A stretch of DNA of 64,000 nt from Vicinamibacteria bacterium (lineage in GTDB: Bacteria; Acidobacteriota; Vicinamibacteria; Marinacidobacterales; Marinacidobacteraceae). Numbering within the stretch: the stretch's first letter is position 1; every line of letters begins with the position of its first letter. The notes below the pieces were generated by a model, which was not told the origin of the DNA, did no database searches, and worked only from the letters and a program-made list of their open reading frames with translations. A program made the translations under genes and the position numbers. This document shows, in pieces, positions 10,935-20,338 of this stretch. The stretch covers positions 2,688,001-2,752,000 of the forward strand of contig OY729431.1 in the NCBI GenBank assembly GCA_963422395.1, given 5' to 3'.

Positions 10935-12151
10935 CCTTCCGCCGCCGGGTATTCGGAGAACGGATCGAGGCGCACCAGGACCTGCGCCGCAAGACCTTCC
11001 CCGCGGCCGGCGAAACCCATCCCGTCGGTGGTAGTGGCCTTCACTCCGACCGCACACACGGGAATCGCCAGAAGTTCGCCCAGTACGCGGCGGATCTCCG
11101 GAACGCGCGGCGCGAGCCGCGGCCGTTCGGCGATCACCGTGCAGTCCACCTGCCCGGGACGATATCCGGCGGCGGCGGCGATTTCGCGGGCGTGCTCCAC
11201 GAAGTGCCGGCTCGCCTGCCCCCGCAGGGCTTCGTCCGACGACGGAAAGAGCGAGCCGAGGTCAGGAGCAGCGATCGCCCCGAGAATGGCATCGGCCAGG
11301 GCGTGGAGCAACGCATCGCCGTCGGAGTGCCCCTCGAGTCGGGAGGTTCCTTCGAACCGGGTGCCTCCGAGGAGGAGGGTGCCTTCTCGGCCGAAACGGT
11401 GGGCGTCGCATCCGATGCCCAGACGCGGCATGCGCGGACGCTCGCCGAAACCGCTCCGAAGGAACTCCAGATCGGCGGGTTCGGTGACCTTCAGGTTCCG
11501 CTGGCTGCCGGCAACGATGTGGATGGGATGGCCCGCCCACCGCACCGCAGAAGCCTCGTCGGTGCCGACGAATCCGACGGACGCAGCGCGGGCCAGGGCG
11601 TCCGCGAGGAGGTCCCGACGAAAACACTGGGGGGTCTGGGCCGCAGCGGTCCGTTCACGGTCCAGAACGGCGTCGGCCGCTCCCTCGGCATCCAAACGCC
11701 AGAGGGTGTCCGGCGGGCGGACAGCAGGGATTGCGGCGCCATGAGCGGCGGCGGCTTCGATCACCCGGGCGATCAGCGATTCCGGGGCCGCCGGACGGGC
11801 GCCGTCGTGGACCAGGACGAATTCGGGGGCGCCTCCTTTCGCCTGGGTCCAAACTTCTTCGAGAGCTGCGAGCCCCCGGCGAGCCGACTCCTGCCGTGTC
11901 TTCCCCCCCGGCAAGAACGAGACCCGGGAACCGTGGGAAGCGAGGAAGGGATGCACCCGTTCCCGGAATCGTTCGAAGTTCTCCCGCGGAAGCACGAGCA
12001 CCACACGTTCGACTTCGGGATGGGCGATCACCGCCTCCGCGGCGCGAACTGCCAGCGGGCGGCCCGCCAGCGGGAGAAACTGCTTCGGCTCTCCGTCACC
12101 GCCGAAGCGGCTGCCGGAACCGGCGGCGACGACGACTCCCCCGACCGTCAC
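10931..12151 (-). CDS. ispDF: Bifunctional IspD/IspF (MEP pathway)
   Basis: AAGSGSRFG..KQFL, VHDGARP, QTPQ; then GIGCDAHRF, GHSDGDALLHA, KATTTDGMG. Confidence 0.95.
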   Translation of the reverse strand: MTVGGVVVAAGSGSRFGGDGEPKQFLPLAGRPLAVRAAEAVIAHPEVERVVLVLPRENFERFRERVHPFLASHGSRVSFLPGGKTRQESARRGLAALEEVWTQAKGGAPEFVLVHDGARPAAPESLIARVIEAAAAHGAAIPAVRPPDTLWRLDAEGAADAVLDRERTAAAQTPQCFRRDLLADALARAASVGFVGTDEASAVRWAGHPIHIVAGSQRNLKVTEPADLEFLRSGFGERPRMPRLGIGCDAHRFGREGTLLLGGTRFEGTSRLEGHSDGDALLHALADAILGAIAAPDLGSLFPSSDEALRGQASRHFVEHAREIAAAAGYRPGQVDCTVIAERPRLAPRVPEIRRVLGELLAIPVCAVGVKATTTDGMGFAGRGEGLAAQVLVRLDPFSEYPAAEG

Positions 12152-13572
12152 TTCGGAACGCGCTCCGAATCGCCGCGTGACTTTGGAAACAGGGCGAGGG
12201 CATCCCCCAGCGTCTGGACGGGAACGAGGTCGATGTCCACCGGACGCTCACCGCCGTGGATACCGTCCGGATTCAGGATGGCCCGGCGAAACCCGAGCCT
12301 CGCAGCTTCACGGAGGCGGAGACCTGCCTGATGTACCGGTCGGACCTCTCCCGAAAGCCCGACTTCACCGATATAGAGCGAGCCTTCGGGAAGTGGAACA
12401 GCCCGCCGACGGGATGCCACCGCGGCGAGAAGACCGAGATCGGCGGCAGGTTCCGTCACCGAGAGCCCCCCGGTCACGGAGACATACACATCGCTGCGCG
12501 CCAGTCCGCCGCCCGCGCGCGCGTCCAGCACCGCCAGCAGCACTGCGAGCCGGCCGCTATCGAAGCCCACCGTGACCCGCCGCGGGTAGGCGAGCGGACT
12601 TTCGGCGATCAACACCTGGATTTCGGCGAGCAGCGGACGGCTCCCTTCGAGGGTGCAGACCACGGCGGAACCCGGTTTCGGGGCGCCGCCGGCGAGGAAC
12701 AGTTGCGAAGGGTTTTCGACCGGGAACAGTCCCTGGGCCGTCATGTCGAAAACGCCCAGCTCGCCCGCGGCGCCGAAGCGGTTCTTGACGGCGCGCAACA
12801 AGCGATGCGACTGCCGGCGGTCGCCCTCGAAGTACAGAACGGTGTCCACGACATGTTCGAGAGTGCGGGGTCCGGCGATCGCTCCGTCCTTGTTCACATG
12901 GCCGATCAGGAAGACTGGAACCTGGGTGGCCTTGGCGTAGAGAACCAGCGCCGCCGCCGATTCCCGCACCTGAGAGACCGTCCCCGGGGCGCTGCTGATG
13001 TCCGGGCAGTGGACACACTGCACCGAATCGAGGATCACCAGCCGCGGGGAAAGGCGGCGCGCCGCTTCCAGGATCCGGGGGATGTCCGTCTCCGCATAGA
13101 GGACGAGGGACGGCGGATCGAGACCCAACCGTTCGCCGCGCTGCTTCAGCTGAAGCTCGGATTCCTCTCCACTGACATAGAGGACCGGAGCGTCGCTGCC
13201 GTTCTCCGCCGCCGCCGCCGCCGCGAGCTGCAAGAGCAGGGTGCTCTTCCCGGCGCCGGGCTCGCCCGCCACCAGGACCGCCGATCCCGGCACCACTCCG
13301 CCGCCCAGTACCCGGTCGAGTTCCCCGATTCCCACCGGGCGCCTCCGCGCGGCGGCGGTGTCCACCGCGTCCCAGCGGACCGGAGATGTCGTTCCTCCCG
13401 CGGCTGCCGCCGCAAAAGCGCGCCAGCCACCCTTCGGACCGGTATCCGCCGACGCGGCGGCTTGCTCGACGAGCGGGGACTGGCTTTCGCAGGAGGGGCA
13501 GTACCCCATCCAGCGCGAGTAGTCCTGGCCGCACTCGCTACAGGCGAAGCGGACGGAGGACTTCCTGGCCAC
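12148..13572 (-). CDS. radA: DNA repair protein RadA/Sms
   Basis: CSECG..CPSC zinc finger, GEPGAGKST, KNRFG, Lon-like C-terminus. Start GTG 13572. Confidence 0.96.
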   Translation of the reverse strand: MARKSSVRFACSECGQDYSRWMGYCPSCESQSPLVEQAAASADTGPKGGWRAFAAAAAGGTTSPVRWDAVDTAAARRRPVGIGELDRVLGGGVVPGSAVLVAGEPGAGKSTLLLQLAAAAAAENGSDAPVLYVSGEESELQLKQRGERLGLDPPSLVLYAETDIPRILEAARRLSPRLVILDSVQCVHCPDISSAPGTVSQVRESAAALVLYAKATQVPVFLIGHVNKDGAIAGPRTLEHVVDTVLYFEGDRRQSHRLLRAVKNRFGAAGELGVFDMTAQGLFPVENPSQLFLAGGAPKPGSAVVCTLEGSRPLLAEIQVLIAESPLAYPRRVTVGFDSGRLAVLLAVLDARAGGGLARSDVYVSVTGGLSVTEPAADLGLLAAVASRRRAVPLPEGSLYIGEVGLSGEVRPVHQAGLRLREAARLGFRRAILNPDGIHGGERPVDIDLVPVQTLGDALALFPKSRGDSERVPK

Positions 13573-13576
13573 CGGA

Positions 13577-15046
13577 TCAGATCCCCGGTTCCAGGGGATA
13601 GTCCGACACCGGATATTCGGACTCCTCGTCCTCGTCCCGCCCGCTCTCGTCCACCATGGTCTCGAATCGGGTGTACTGCGGGATCCATGCCAGCCGCGCG
13701 AAACCGGTTGGCCCGTTGCGGTTCTTGGCCACGATGATCCTTCGGACGGGGGATTCCTCATCCTGCCCGGTGAAATCAGCGGGGCCTGCGGAGCGGCTCG
13801 GGCGGGGCCGCCTCGCCGCCTCGCCGCCGGAATCGGCAGATCTTCTGCGCCCGTCGCGGTGGATGAACAGCACGATGTCGGCGTCCTGCTCCAGCGCACC
13901 GGATTCGCGGAGATCCGAGAGCTGGGGCTGCGAAAACTCCCTTTTGTCCGGGGCCCGGCTGAGTTGGGAGAGCGCGAGCACCGGGACCTTGAGTTCCTTG
14001 CCCAGCGATTTGAGCGACCGACTGATTTCCGCGATCTCGATATTCCGGTTTTCGAAACGCCGCTCTCCGGCCTCGGCCCCGCGCATGAGCTGCAGGTAGT
14101 CCACCATGATCAGGTCGAGCCCCTCTTCGCGAAGGAGCTGCCGCGCTTTCGAGCGAAGTTCCACGGGCGTGACATTCGAGTCGTCCACATGGATGCGCAT
14201 GTCCTGGAGGACGGGCAGCGAGCGCCGGAGAAGCTTCCGATCCCGCTCACCGAGCATTTCGCGGCCGGAGAACATCTGCGAGTTCACCCACGCATGGGAA
14301 AAGAGCAGCCGGATAGCGATCTGCCGAAGCGGCATCTCGAGGCTGAAGATCAACACCGACTTTCTGGAAACGGGGCCGGCGGCCGCCAGGGCGATGTTGA
14401 GCGCCAGACTCGTCTTCCCCTCTCCCGGACGGGCGCCGAGAAGGATGAGATCCGACTTCCGAAGTCCGCCGATCAGCTTGTCCAGCTTCTCGAATCCGGT
14501 TGGAATCCCGGCGAAGTCCTCCCGCTTCTGCTCGGACTCAGCGGCGATGCGGCGGACTTCTTCGGTGATCCGCACCGGGCCGGAACCGAAGGAGCCCTCG
14601 GTGATCTCGAAGAGATGTTTCTCCGCAGCCGCCATGACCTGCTTCGGGGGGTCCCGGACCGCTTCGCCGGCCAGCTGGCTCCCCAACCGGTGCAGCTGGC
14701 GGCTGAGCGAGTGATCCCGCACCACCCGGGCGTAGTCCTCGGCATTCGAGGAACGCGCCACTCCCCCGATGAGCTCGCCGAGATAGGCCGCGCCGCCCGC
14801 CGCTGCCAGCTGCCCTTCCCGCTCCAGTTGCGCACGCACGGTGACGAGGTCGATCCGGCGTCTCTCGCCGGCATCGTCCAGGGCGCAAAATGCCTGGAAG
14901 ATGCGCTGGTGCCGCGCGTCGAGGAAATCCTTCGCCGCGACGAGTTCCCGCACCGTATCGAGCTGTCGATCGTCCACCAGGACGGCAGCGAGCACCGCCC
15001 GCTCCGCGCCGGGATCATGCGGAAGCTGTCCGTCTGCTTCCGCCAC
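13577..15046 (-). CDS. dnaB: Replicative DNA helicase
   Basis: AERAVL, GARPGEGKT, VDYLQLM, LSQLSR, SDLRESGALEQDAD, KNRNGPTG. Confidence 0.97.
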   Translation of the reverse strand: MAEADGQLPHDPGAERAVLAAVLVDDRQLDTVRELVAAKDFLDARHQRIFQAFCALDDAGERRRIDLVTVRAQLEREGQLAAAGGAAYLGELIGGVARSSNAEDYARVVRDHSLSRQLHRLGSQLAGEAVRDPPKQVMAAAEKHLFEITEGSFGSGPVRITEEVRRIAAESEQKREDFAGIPTGFEKLDKLIGGLRKSDLILLGARPGEGKTSLALNIALAAAGPVSRKSVLIFSLEMPLRQIAIRLLFSHAWVNSQMFSGREMLGERDRKLLRRSLPVLQDMRIHVDDSNVTPVELRSKARQLLREEGLDLIMVDYLQLMRGAEAGERRFENRNIEIAEISRSLKSLGKELKVPVLALSQLSRAPDKREFSQPQLSDLRESGALEQDADIVLFIHRDGRRRSADSGGEAARRPRPSRSAGPADFTGQDEESPVRRIIVAKNRNGPTGFARLAWIPQYTRFETMVDESGRDEDEESEYPVSDYPLEPGI

Positions 15047-15182
15047 TGCCCGATCCTTTGCCTACTTTCCTCGGCCGATCCCGAACCCCTGGACCGCCGC
15101 CGCCCTTATCACCCTGCCCGGCGTCGAACGCAGCGGCGGGGAGGGCCGGACACCGCGAAGAAATTCGGGCCAGTCTTCCGGG

Positions 15183-15752
15183 TCAGTCTTCCGGGGCCGG
15201 CGGGCCGGGGACGGAACCGCCATCCTCCCCTGCTGCCGCCGTTTCGGCAGCGGCAGGCGCCTCGCTCGGGATCGCCGAAGCAGCGTCCAGCCCGAGAGAG
15301 GCCGCCGCGGCCGGCTCCACCTGGATCTGAAGATTCACCCCGACTTCCGGGTGGAGCCGCACCAGCACCGACGAATCGCCGGTCTTCTTGATCGGGCTGC
15401 CGAGAACGATGCGGTTCCGGGCGATGGTGAACCCGGCTTCCGCCAATTCGCGGCCGATGTCCTGGATCGAAACCGAGCCGTACAACTCGTCGGAATCGGT
15501 CTTGACCCGACGTTCGAAGCGGAGAGTCCGTCCCTCGAGCGCCGCCGCGAGGGCACGCGCCGCTTCCACTTCTTCGACCCTCCGGACGGCCCAGGACTTT
15601 CGGGCCTGGGCGACCTCCCGACGGTTGTCCTCCGTGATCGGCACGGCGATGCGGCGAGGCAGAAGATAGTTCCTGGCATAACCGGCGCGGACCTCCACCT
15701 CGTCCCCGGGTTCTCCGAGGGAGTCGACCGGTCGTCGCAGCAGCAGGCGCAT
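15183..15752 (-). CDS. rplI: 50S ribosomal protein L9
   Basis: VRAGYARNYLLP, LYGSVS, PIKKTG, LHPEV. Start ATG 15752. Confidence 0.96.
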   Translation of the reverse strand: MRLLLRRPVDSLGEPGDEVEVRAGYARNYLLPRRIAVPITEDNRREVAQARKSWAVRRVEEVEAARALAAALEGRTLRFERRVKTDSDELYGSVSIQDIGRELAEAGFTIARNRIVLGSPIKKTGDSSVLVRLHPEVGVNLQIQVEPAAAASLGLDAASAIPSEAPAAAETAAAGEDGGSVPGPPAPED

Positions 15753-15762
15753 CGATCCCTCC

Positions 15763-16008
15763 TCACTCGTAGGGCAGCAGAGCCATCTGGCGGGCACGTT
15801 TGATGGCGACCCGGATCTGCCGCTGCGTACGGGCATTCGCACGGGAGACCCGTCGCGGCGCGATCTTCCCCCGATCGCCGAGGAACTCTCGAAGGAAATC
15901 CACATCCTTCCAGTCCACCCGACCCACGCCGCTCAGAACGGGGTTGACTCTCACCCGACGTGGGCCGGAGCGCCGACGCCGACGCGGGGCTGCAGGTTTT
16001 TCGCTCAT
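15763..16008 (-). CDS. rpsR: 30S ribosomal protein S18
   Basis: [34 protein letters not shown]. Start ATG 16008. Confidence 0.96.
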   Translation of the reverse strand: MSEKPAAPRRRRRSGPRRVRVNPVLSGVGRVDWKDVDFLREFLGDRGKIAPRRVSRANARTQRQIRVAIKRARQMALLPYE

Positions 16009-16021
16009 CGAAGACTCCTTC

Positions 16022-16498
16022 TCATGGGGTGGTCGCGGCCGTTTCGAGATCCGCGGGGGCGCGCCCGTCACCGGCGGGCGGCTCCTGATCGGATTCGGCT
16101 CGTGTCTGTCGGGCCTCTTCCGCCTTGGCGGCCGCCTCGGCAGCCGCCGCCGCGCGCGCGGCGCGTTCCTCCCGGCGGCGCCGGTCCGCAGCCTGGTCCT
16201 GTTCGCGGGTCTCCTCGTCGGTGCGAAGGACGAGGAAGCGGAGAACGCCTTCCGCGAGCCGCACCCGGCGCTCGATCCCCTGGATCGAGTCCGGCGGAGC
16301 ATCGAAATAGCAGAGCATGTAGAGGCCCTCGTGGTGCCCCGCGATCGGATAGGCGAGCCGCCTTCGCTCCCACGGCTTCAGGCTGATGATCCGCCCTCCC
16401 TGGGATTTGAGGATCTCCTCGACCCGCTCGACGACAGCAAGCGATGCGGCATCGTCCAGCGTCGGGTCCAAGAGGAACATGAATTCGTAGCCACTCAT
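16022..16498 (-). CDS. rpsF: 30S ribosomal protein S6
   Basis: [29 protein letters not shown]. Confidence 0.96.
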   Translation of the reverse strand: MSGYEFMFLLDPTLDDAASLAVVERVEEILKSQGGRIISLKPWERRRLAYPIAGHHEGLYMLCYFDAPPDSIQGIERRVRLAEGVLRFLVLRTDEETREQDQAADRRRREERAARAAAAAEAAAKAEEARQTRAESDQEPPAGDGRAPADLETAATTP

Positions 16499-16565
16499 CG
16501 AACGGTGTCTCCTGCGCCGCCTCGCGACGGGGCATTCCCGGCGAACAGCCGGCCGGGATTCCTGA

Positions 16566-17210
16566 TCATGCGGGCGTCCGGTTGAACCGGTTCATCGCGG
16601 TTTCGAGGCCCTGTCCGACCGCGGTTTCGATCGCTTCCACCGCGCGGGCCAACAACGCTGCAACCGGTTGGACTTCGCTCGGCTCGAACGGGGAAAGCAC
16701 ATGGTCGGCCGGGTCTCCGCCCTGCGGGGGGGCGCCGACTCCAAGCCGCATCCGGGGCACTTCGATCGTCCCCAGGGAACGAAACACGGAGGCCAAACCA
16801 TTGTGCCCGCCATCGCTTCCGCGCCGCCGGGTCCGGAGGGCTCCCAGGGGAAGCGCATAGTCGTCGCACACCACGAGTGCCGCACCAGGAGGCACTCGCC
16901 GGATCTCGAGCAGGCGGCGCAGCGGCCCGCCGCTGCGGTTCATGAAGCCTGTCGGGCAGAGCAGCGCCACTTCCCGGCCGGCGATTCCGGCTTCCAGGAG
17001 AGTCCCGCCAGCGAAAGCGCACCGCCGTGAGGTCCGACCATCGAGCAGTGCCGCAACCGCTTCGAACCCGATGTTGTGCCGCGTGCCGGCATAGCGCGCA
17101 CCAGGGTTTCCGAGACCGACGATGATCCGAATCTCGGGGATCCGAACCTCGGAGGCGTGCTTTTCCGGGGCGTGCATCTCGGGGTTTCGCATCGGCGTCC
17201 GGTCCGACAT
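16566..17210 (-). CDS. pth: Peptidyl-tRNA hydrolase (start uncertain)
   Basis: IVGLGNPG, TRHNIGF, FMNRSG, GGHNGL. Confidence 0.95.
   Translation of the reverse strand: MSDRTPMRNPEMHAPEKHASEVRIPEIRIIVGLGNPGARYAGTRHNIGFEAVAALLDGRTSRRCAFAGGTLLEAGIAGREVALLCPTGFMNRSGGPLRRLLEIRRVPPGAALVVCDDYALPLGALRTRRRGSDGGHNGLASVFRSLGTIEVPRMRLGVGAPPQGGDPADHVLSPFEPSEVQPVAALLARAVEAIETAVGQGLETAMNRFNRTPA
17118..17192 (-). repeat. Degenerate 15-bp tandem repeat in the pth 5' region
   Basis: atgcgaaaccccgag / atgcacgccccggaa / aagcacgcctccgag / gttcggatccccgag / attcggatcatcgtc. Confidence 0.6.
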
Positions 17211-17307
17211 TCGGTCGGGCGTCCGGATCGTTTCCGGAGAACGAACCGCCGCCGGCTCACGATCCAGAAGAACGGGGAGCACCGTCTTCGATCAGGCTGC
17301 CAACGGT

Positions 17308-17943
17308 TCACTCGGCAGCAGTCTCTTCAGGAGTTTCCCCCGCAACGGCCGCTTCCTCCGAATCCTCGGGGGCCTCGGCACTGACCTTCGGGGCCGAAAC
17401 CTGGACCACGACCACTTCCGGTGCAGTGGCCAGCACCAGGCTTCCGGGCAACTCGATCTGCCCCGCCCGCACGGTATCGCCGTAGTCCAGATCGGCGATG
17501 GAGAGCGGAAGGCGCTCGGGAATGTCGTGGGGGAGGCAGCTCACGGCGAGGGTGCGAGACACGAAGTCGAGATTCCCCCCGCGTTTCACTCCCACCGACT
17601 CCCCTTCGAGGTGGACCGGCACCTGCCATTCCGATTCCCGCTCCAGATCCACCCGGACGAAGTCGGCGTGGAGGACGGAGTGGTCGAGCGGGTGCAGTTG
17701 GTAGTCGTGGATCATCACCTGTTCGGCGTCGAGGTCTCCCTCGACCGAGAGCGCCAGGATGGTGTTGACGCCGCGCGGCGAACGAACGATCTCGGTGATC
17801 CGCCGCGGCGAGACCGATAGCGCGCGCGAGCCGCCGGCGCCGCCGTACACCACGGCGGGAATCCTCCCCGTAGCCCGGAGCCGCCGGCTCGGACCTTTTC
17901 CGATAGCAGTGCGCACGGTTGCCGAAACGCTGACCTGAGGCAT
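17308..17943 (-). CDS. rplY: 50S ribosomal protein L25/Ctc
   Basis: GKGPSRRLRATGRIPAVVYG, HADFVRV, GVKRGG. Start ATG 17943. Confidence 0.95.
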   Translation of the reverse strand: MPQVSVSATVRTAIGKGPSRRLRATGRIPAVVYGGAGGSRALSVSPRRITEIVRSPRGVNTILALSVEGDLDAEQVMIHDYQLHPLDHSVLHADFVRVDLERESEWQVPVHLEGESVGVKRGGNLDFVSRTLAVSCLPHDIPERLPLSIADLDYGDTVRAGQIELPGSLVLATAPEVVVVQVSAPKVSAEAPEDSEEAAVAGETPEETAAE

Positions 17944-18113
17944 GGGGAGGGGGAGGCGATCTCGATGAGGGAGGACTGAAAAAAGAACAGGGGGAGAAAA
18001 CTCCCTGGCGGGAGAGAAGCCTGGCTGCCGATCGCCGACCGGCGGGGGCCTCACGGGTCCCACGGAAAGCGCCTCCTGGAGCTCCCCGCTCGCTGCGGAA
18101 TTCTGGGCGGGAC

Positions 18114-18143
18114 AGTCTATCAGCAGCTGCAGCGGTCTGTCAG
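18114..18143 (-). promoter_or_regulatory. Putative rplY promoter
   Basis: CTGACA-N18-TAGACT with extended-10 TG on the minus strand. Confidence 0.5.
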
Positions 18144-19129
18144 ACGAAGAGCGAACTCACCGACGCTTCTCCGTGGACGCTCTCGATGGCGCGCGCGAAG
18201 AGCGAGGCGACCGAGAGCACCTGGATCTTGGCACTGCTGCCGCGAACCTCGGGAGAGAGCGGGATCGTGTCGCCGACGATGAGCCGTTCGACGGGACCCT
18301 GCTCGATCCGCTCCACCGCCGGGCCGGAAAGCACGGCGTGGGTGCAGACCGCGAGCACCCGGATGGCGCCGGCCTTCCGAAGTGCCTCGGCAGCCCGCAC
18401 CAGGGTGCCCGCGGAATCCACGATGTCGTCCACCAGGACCGCCGAGCGCCCTCGCACATCTCCGACCACATGGATGGTTTCCACTTCGTTGTCGGCGCCA
18501 CGGCGCTTGTCCATCACTGCGATGCCCACACCCAGCGCCTTTCCATAGGCGCGCGCCCGCTCGACACCTCCGGCATCGGGAGACACCACGATCGGCCGAC
18601 CGAGGCGAAGGCCCGGAAAGACCTCCAGCATGACCGGAGTGGCGTACAGGTGGTCCACCGGGATGTCGAAATAGCCCTGGATCTGGCCGGCGTGAAGATC
18701 CATGGCGATCACCCGTTGGACTCCGGCGACGGTCAGCAGATCGGCCACCAGCTTCGCGGAGATGGGGACCCGAGGGCGGTCCTTGCGGTCCTGCCGCGCG
18801 TATCCGTAATACGGAAGCACTGCGTTGATCCGGGCCGCGGAAGCCCGCTTCAGCGCGTCCACCATCAGGAGCAGTTCCATCAGGTTCTCGTTGACCGGCG
18901 GCGAGGTGGACTGGATCACGAAGACATCGGCGCCCCGCACGTTGTCCTCGATCTGGAAACGGATCTCCCCGTCGGCGAAGCGCCCCAGAGCGACCGCCCC
19001 GAGGGAAATCCCGAGATGTCGCGCGATTTCGGCAGCGAGGTTCGGGTTCGATGAGCCGCCGATGACTTTCAGCTCGCCGGCAAACCCGTGGGATCGGCTC
19101 CCGCTTCGGGCAGCGTTCGGTGCCGACAT
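18140..19129 (-). CDS. prs: Ribose-phosphate pyrophosphokinase
   Basis: FADGE, PYYGYARQDRK, DLHAGQIQG, VSPDAGG, VDDIVDSAGT. Confidence 0.98.
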   Translation of the reverse strand: MSAPNAARSGSRSHGFAGELKVIGGSSNPNLAAEIARHLGISLGAVALGRFADGEIRFQIEDNVRGADVFVIQSTSPPVNENLMELLLMVDALKRASAARINAVLPYYGYARQDRKDRPRVPISAKLVADLLTVAGVQRVIAMDLHAGQIQGYFDIPVDHLYATPVMLEVFPGLRLGRPIVVSPDAGGVERARAYGKALGVGIAVMDKRRGADNEVETIHVVGDVRGRSAVLVDDIVDSAGTLVRAAEALRKAGAIRVLAVCTHAVLSGPAVERIEQGPVERLIVGDTIPLSPEVRGSSAKIQVLSVASLFARAIESVHGEASVSSLFV

Positions 19130-19253
19130 CAGCGACCGGAGGCCTCGAGTCCGGGCCTCTCGGGGAATCGCCGGCCCCCGACGAACTCCTCACGGCTCGC
19201 GGGCACCGCGGGCGTTCGCCCACGAGCTACCGGAGTCCCGATCCGGGTGCCGG

Positions 19254-19325
19254 CTGGGGCGGAAGGATTCGAACCCTCGTGAACCGGAACCAAAATCCGG
19301 CGCCTAGCCCCTCGGCCACGCCCCA
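19254..19325 (-). tRNA. tRNA-Gln (TTG); 3' CCA not encoded
   Basis: TGGGGCG...CCGGATTTTGGTTCCGG...GAGGGTTCGAATCCTTC CGCCCCAG; conserved position between ispE and prs. Confidence 0.9.
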
Positions 19326-20329
19326 TGCAGTGCTTCCTCTCCAAAGATCGCCGCCCGGTGTTCCGCCCGCGAGATCGTGCGGGTCGCAACTGCGCGAAAA
19401 CTGTCGCCCGACAGTCGCGCGGCCGCAGTTTCCGCCGCCTCCCGATCCCTGAAGACACCGAACACCGCGGAACCACTCCCTGACATCGCCGTCTCCACAG
19501 CACCGACGGCCGTCAAGGCGCGGCGCATTTCGAAGAGGGCATCGGATGTCCGGGTCTCCCGCAGCACTTCGGACTGCTCCAGATCGTTCGCGAAACGACC
19601 CGTGAGCATTTCCGGAGCGAAGCGGCCCTCGGGCGAACCGGGCCCCATCAGGGGCCAGATTCTAGCAATCCCGTCGGTTCCTCCATCGGTTTCGTGGTCC
19701 TGGGGCGTCAGCGCCGCACTCTCGGGGAGCAAGCGGTAGGCATCTCCCGTCGGGATTTCGAAGCTCGGAATCAGCAGGACGATCTCCACCTCCGGGCCGT
19801 CCGGCAGCGGGAAGACCTGATCGCCCCGCCCAGTGGCGAGTGCCAGACCTCCGTACAGGAAGAACGGAACATCCATCCCGATCCTGGCCGCCGATCGGTG
19901 GAGCGCCGCGCGTGAGAGGCCCAGGCCGAAGCAACGGTTCAGCCCGACCAGAGCCGCCGCGGCATCCGAACTTCCGCCACCGAGCCCTCGCCCCGCCGGA
20001 ATCCGCTTTCGCAGCCGGATCCGGACCCCAGGAAGACCACCGGGAACGCCTTCCCCGAGGAGCGCGGCAGCCCGGAGGACCAGATTGCTGTCGTCGGTCG
20101 GGATGCCCGGCTCCTCGCACCGGAGGCGAACCCCTCCGCCTTCCGTCGGTTCGAACCGGAGTGTGTCCCACAGGGAGATCGAGGCCAGCACGGTGCGGAT
20201 CTGGTGGTACCCGTCAGACCTCTTGCTCTGAACGAAGAGGCCGAGATTGATCTTGGCGGGCGTCCGCAACGCGACCGGCCATCCCGGACCTCCGGGATTT
20301 CGACGCGCAGGCTGCTGCCGCAAGGTCAC
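19304..20329 (-). CDS. ispE: 4-diphosphocytidyl-2-C-methyl-D-erythritol kinase
   Basis: PAKINLGL, KRIPAGRGLGGGSSDAA, DVPFF, MSGSGSAVFG. Confidence 0.96.
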   Translation of the reverse strand: MTLRQQPARRNPGGPGWPVALRTPAKINLGLFVQSKRSDGYHQIRTVLASISLWDTLRFEPTEGGGVRLRCEEPGIPTDDSNLVLRAAALLGEGVPGGLPGVRIRLRKRIPAGRGLGGGSSDAAAALVGLNRCFGLGLSRAALHRSAARIGMDVPFFLYGGLALATGRGDQVFPLPDGPEVEIVLLIPSFEIPTGDAYRLLPESAALTPQDHETDGGTDGIARIWPLMGPGSPEGRFAPEMLTGRFANDLEQSEVLRETRTSDALFEMRRALTAVGAVETAMSGSGSAVFGVFRDREAAETAAARLSGDSFRAVATRTISRAEHRAAIFGEEALHGAWPRG

Positions 20330-20338
20330 AACTCCGGA

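Noticed and set aside
13740-13860. Insertion in DnaB as an intein
   Set aside because: Short low-complexity loop with no N-terminal Cys/Ser or C-terminal His-Asn splice motifs.
16009-16021. Absence of ssb/priB between rpsF and rpsR
   Set aside because: rpsF-rpsR-rplI without ssb is a common arrangement.
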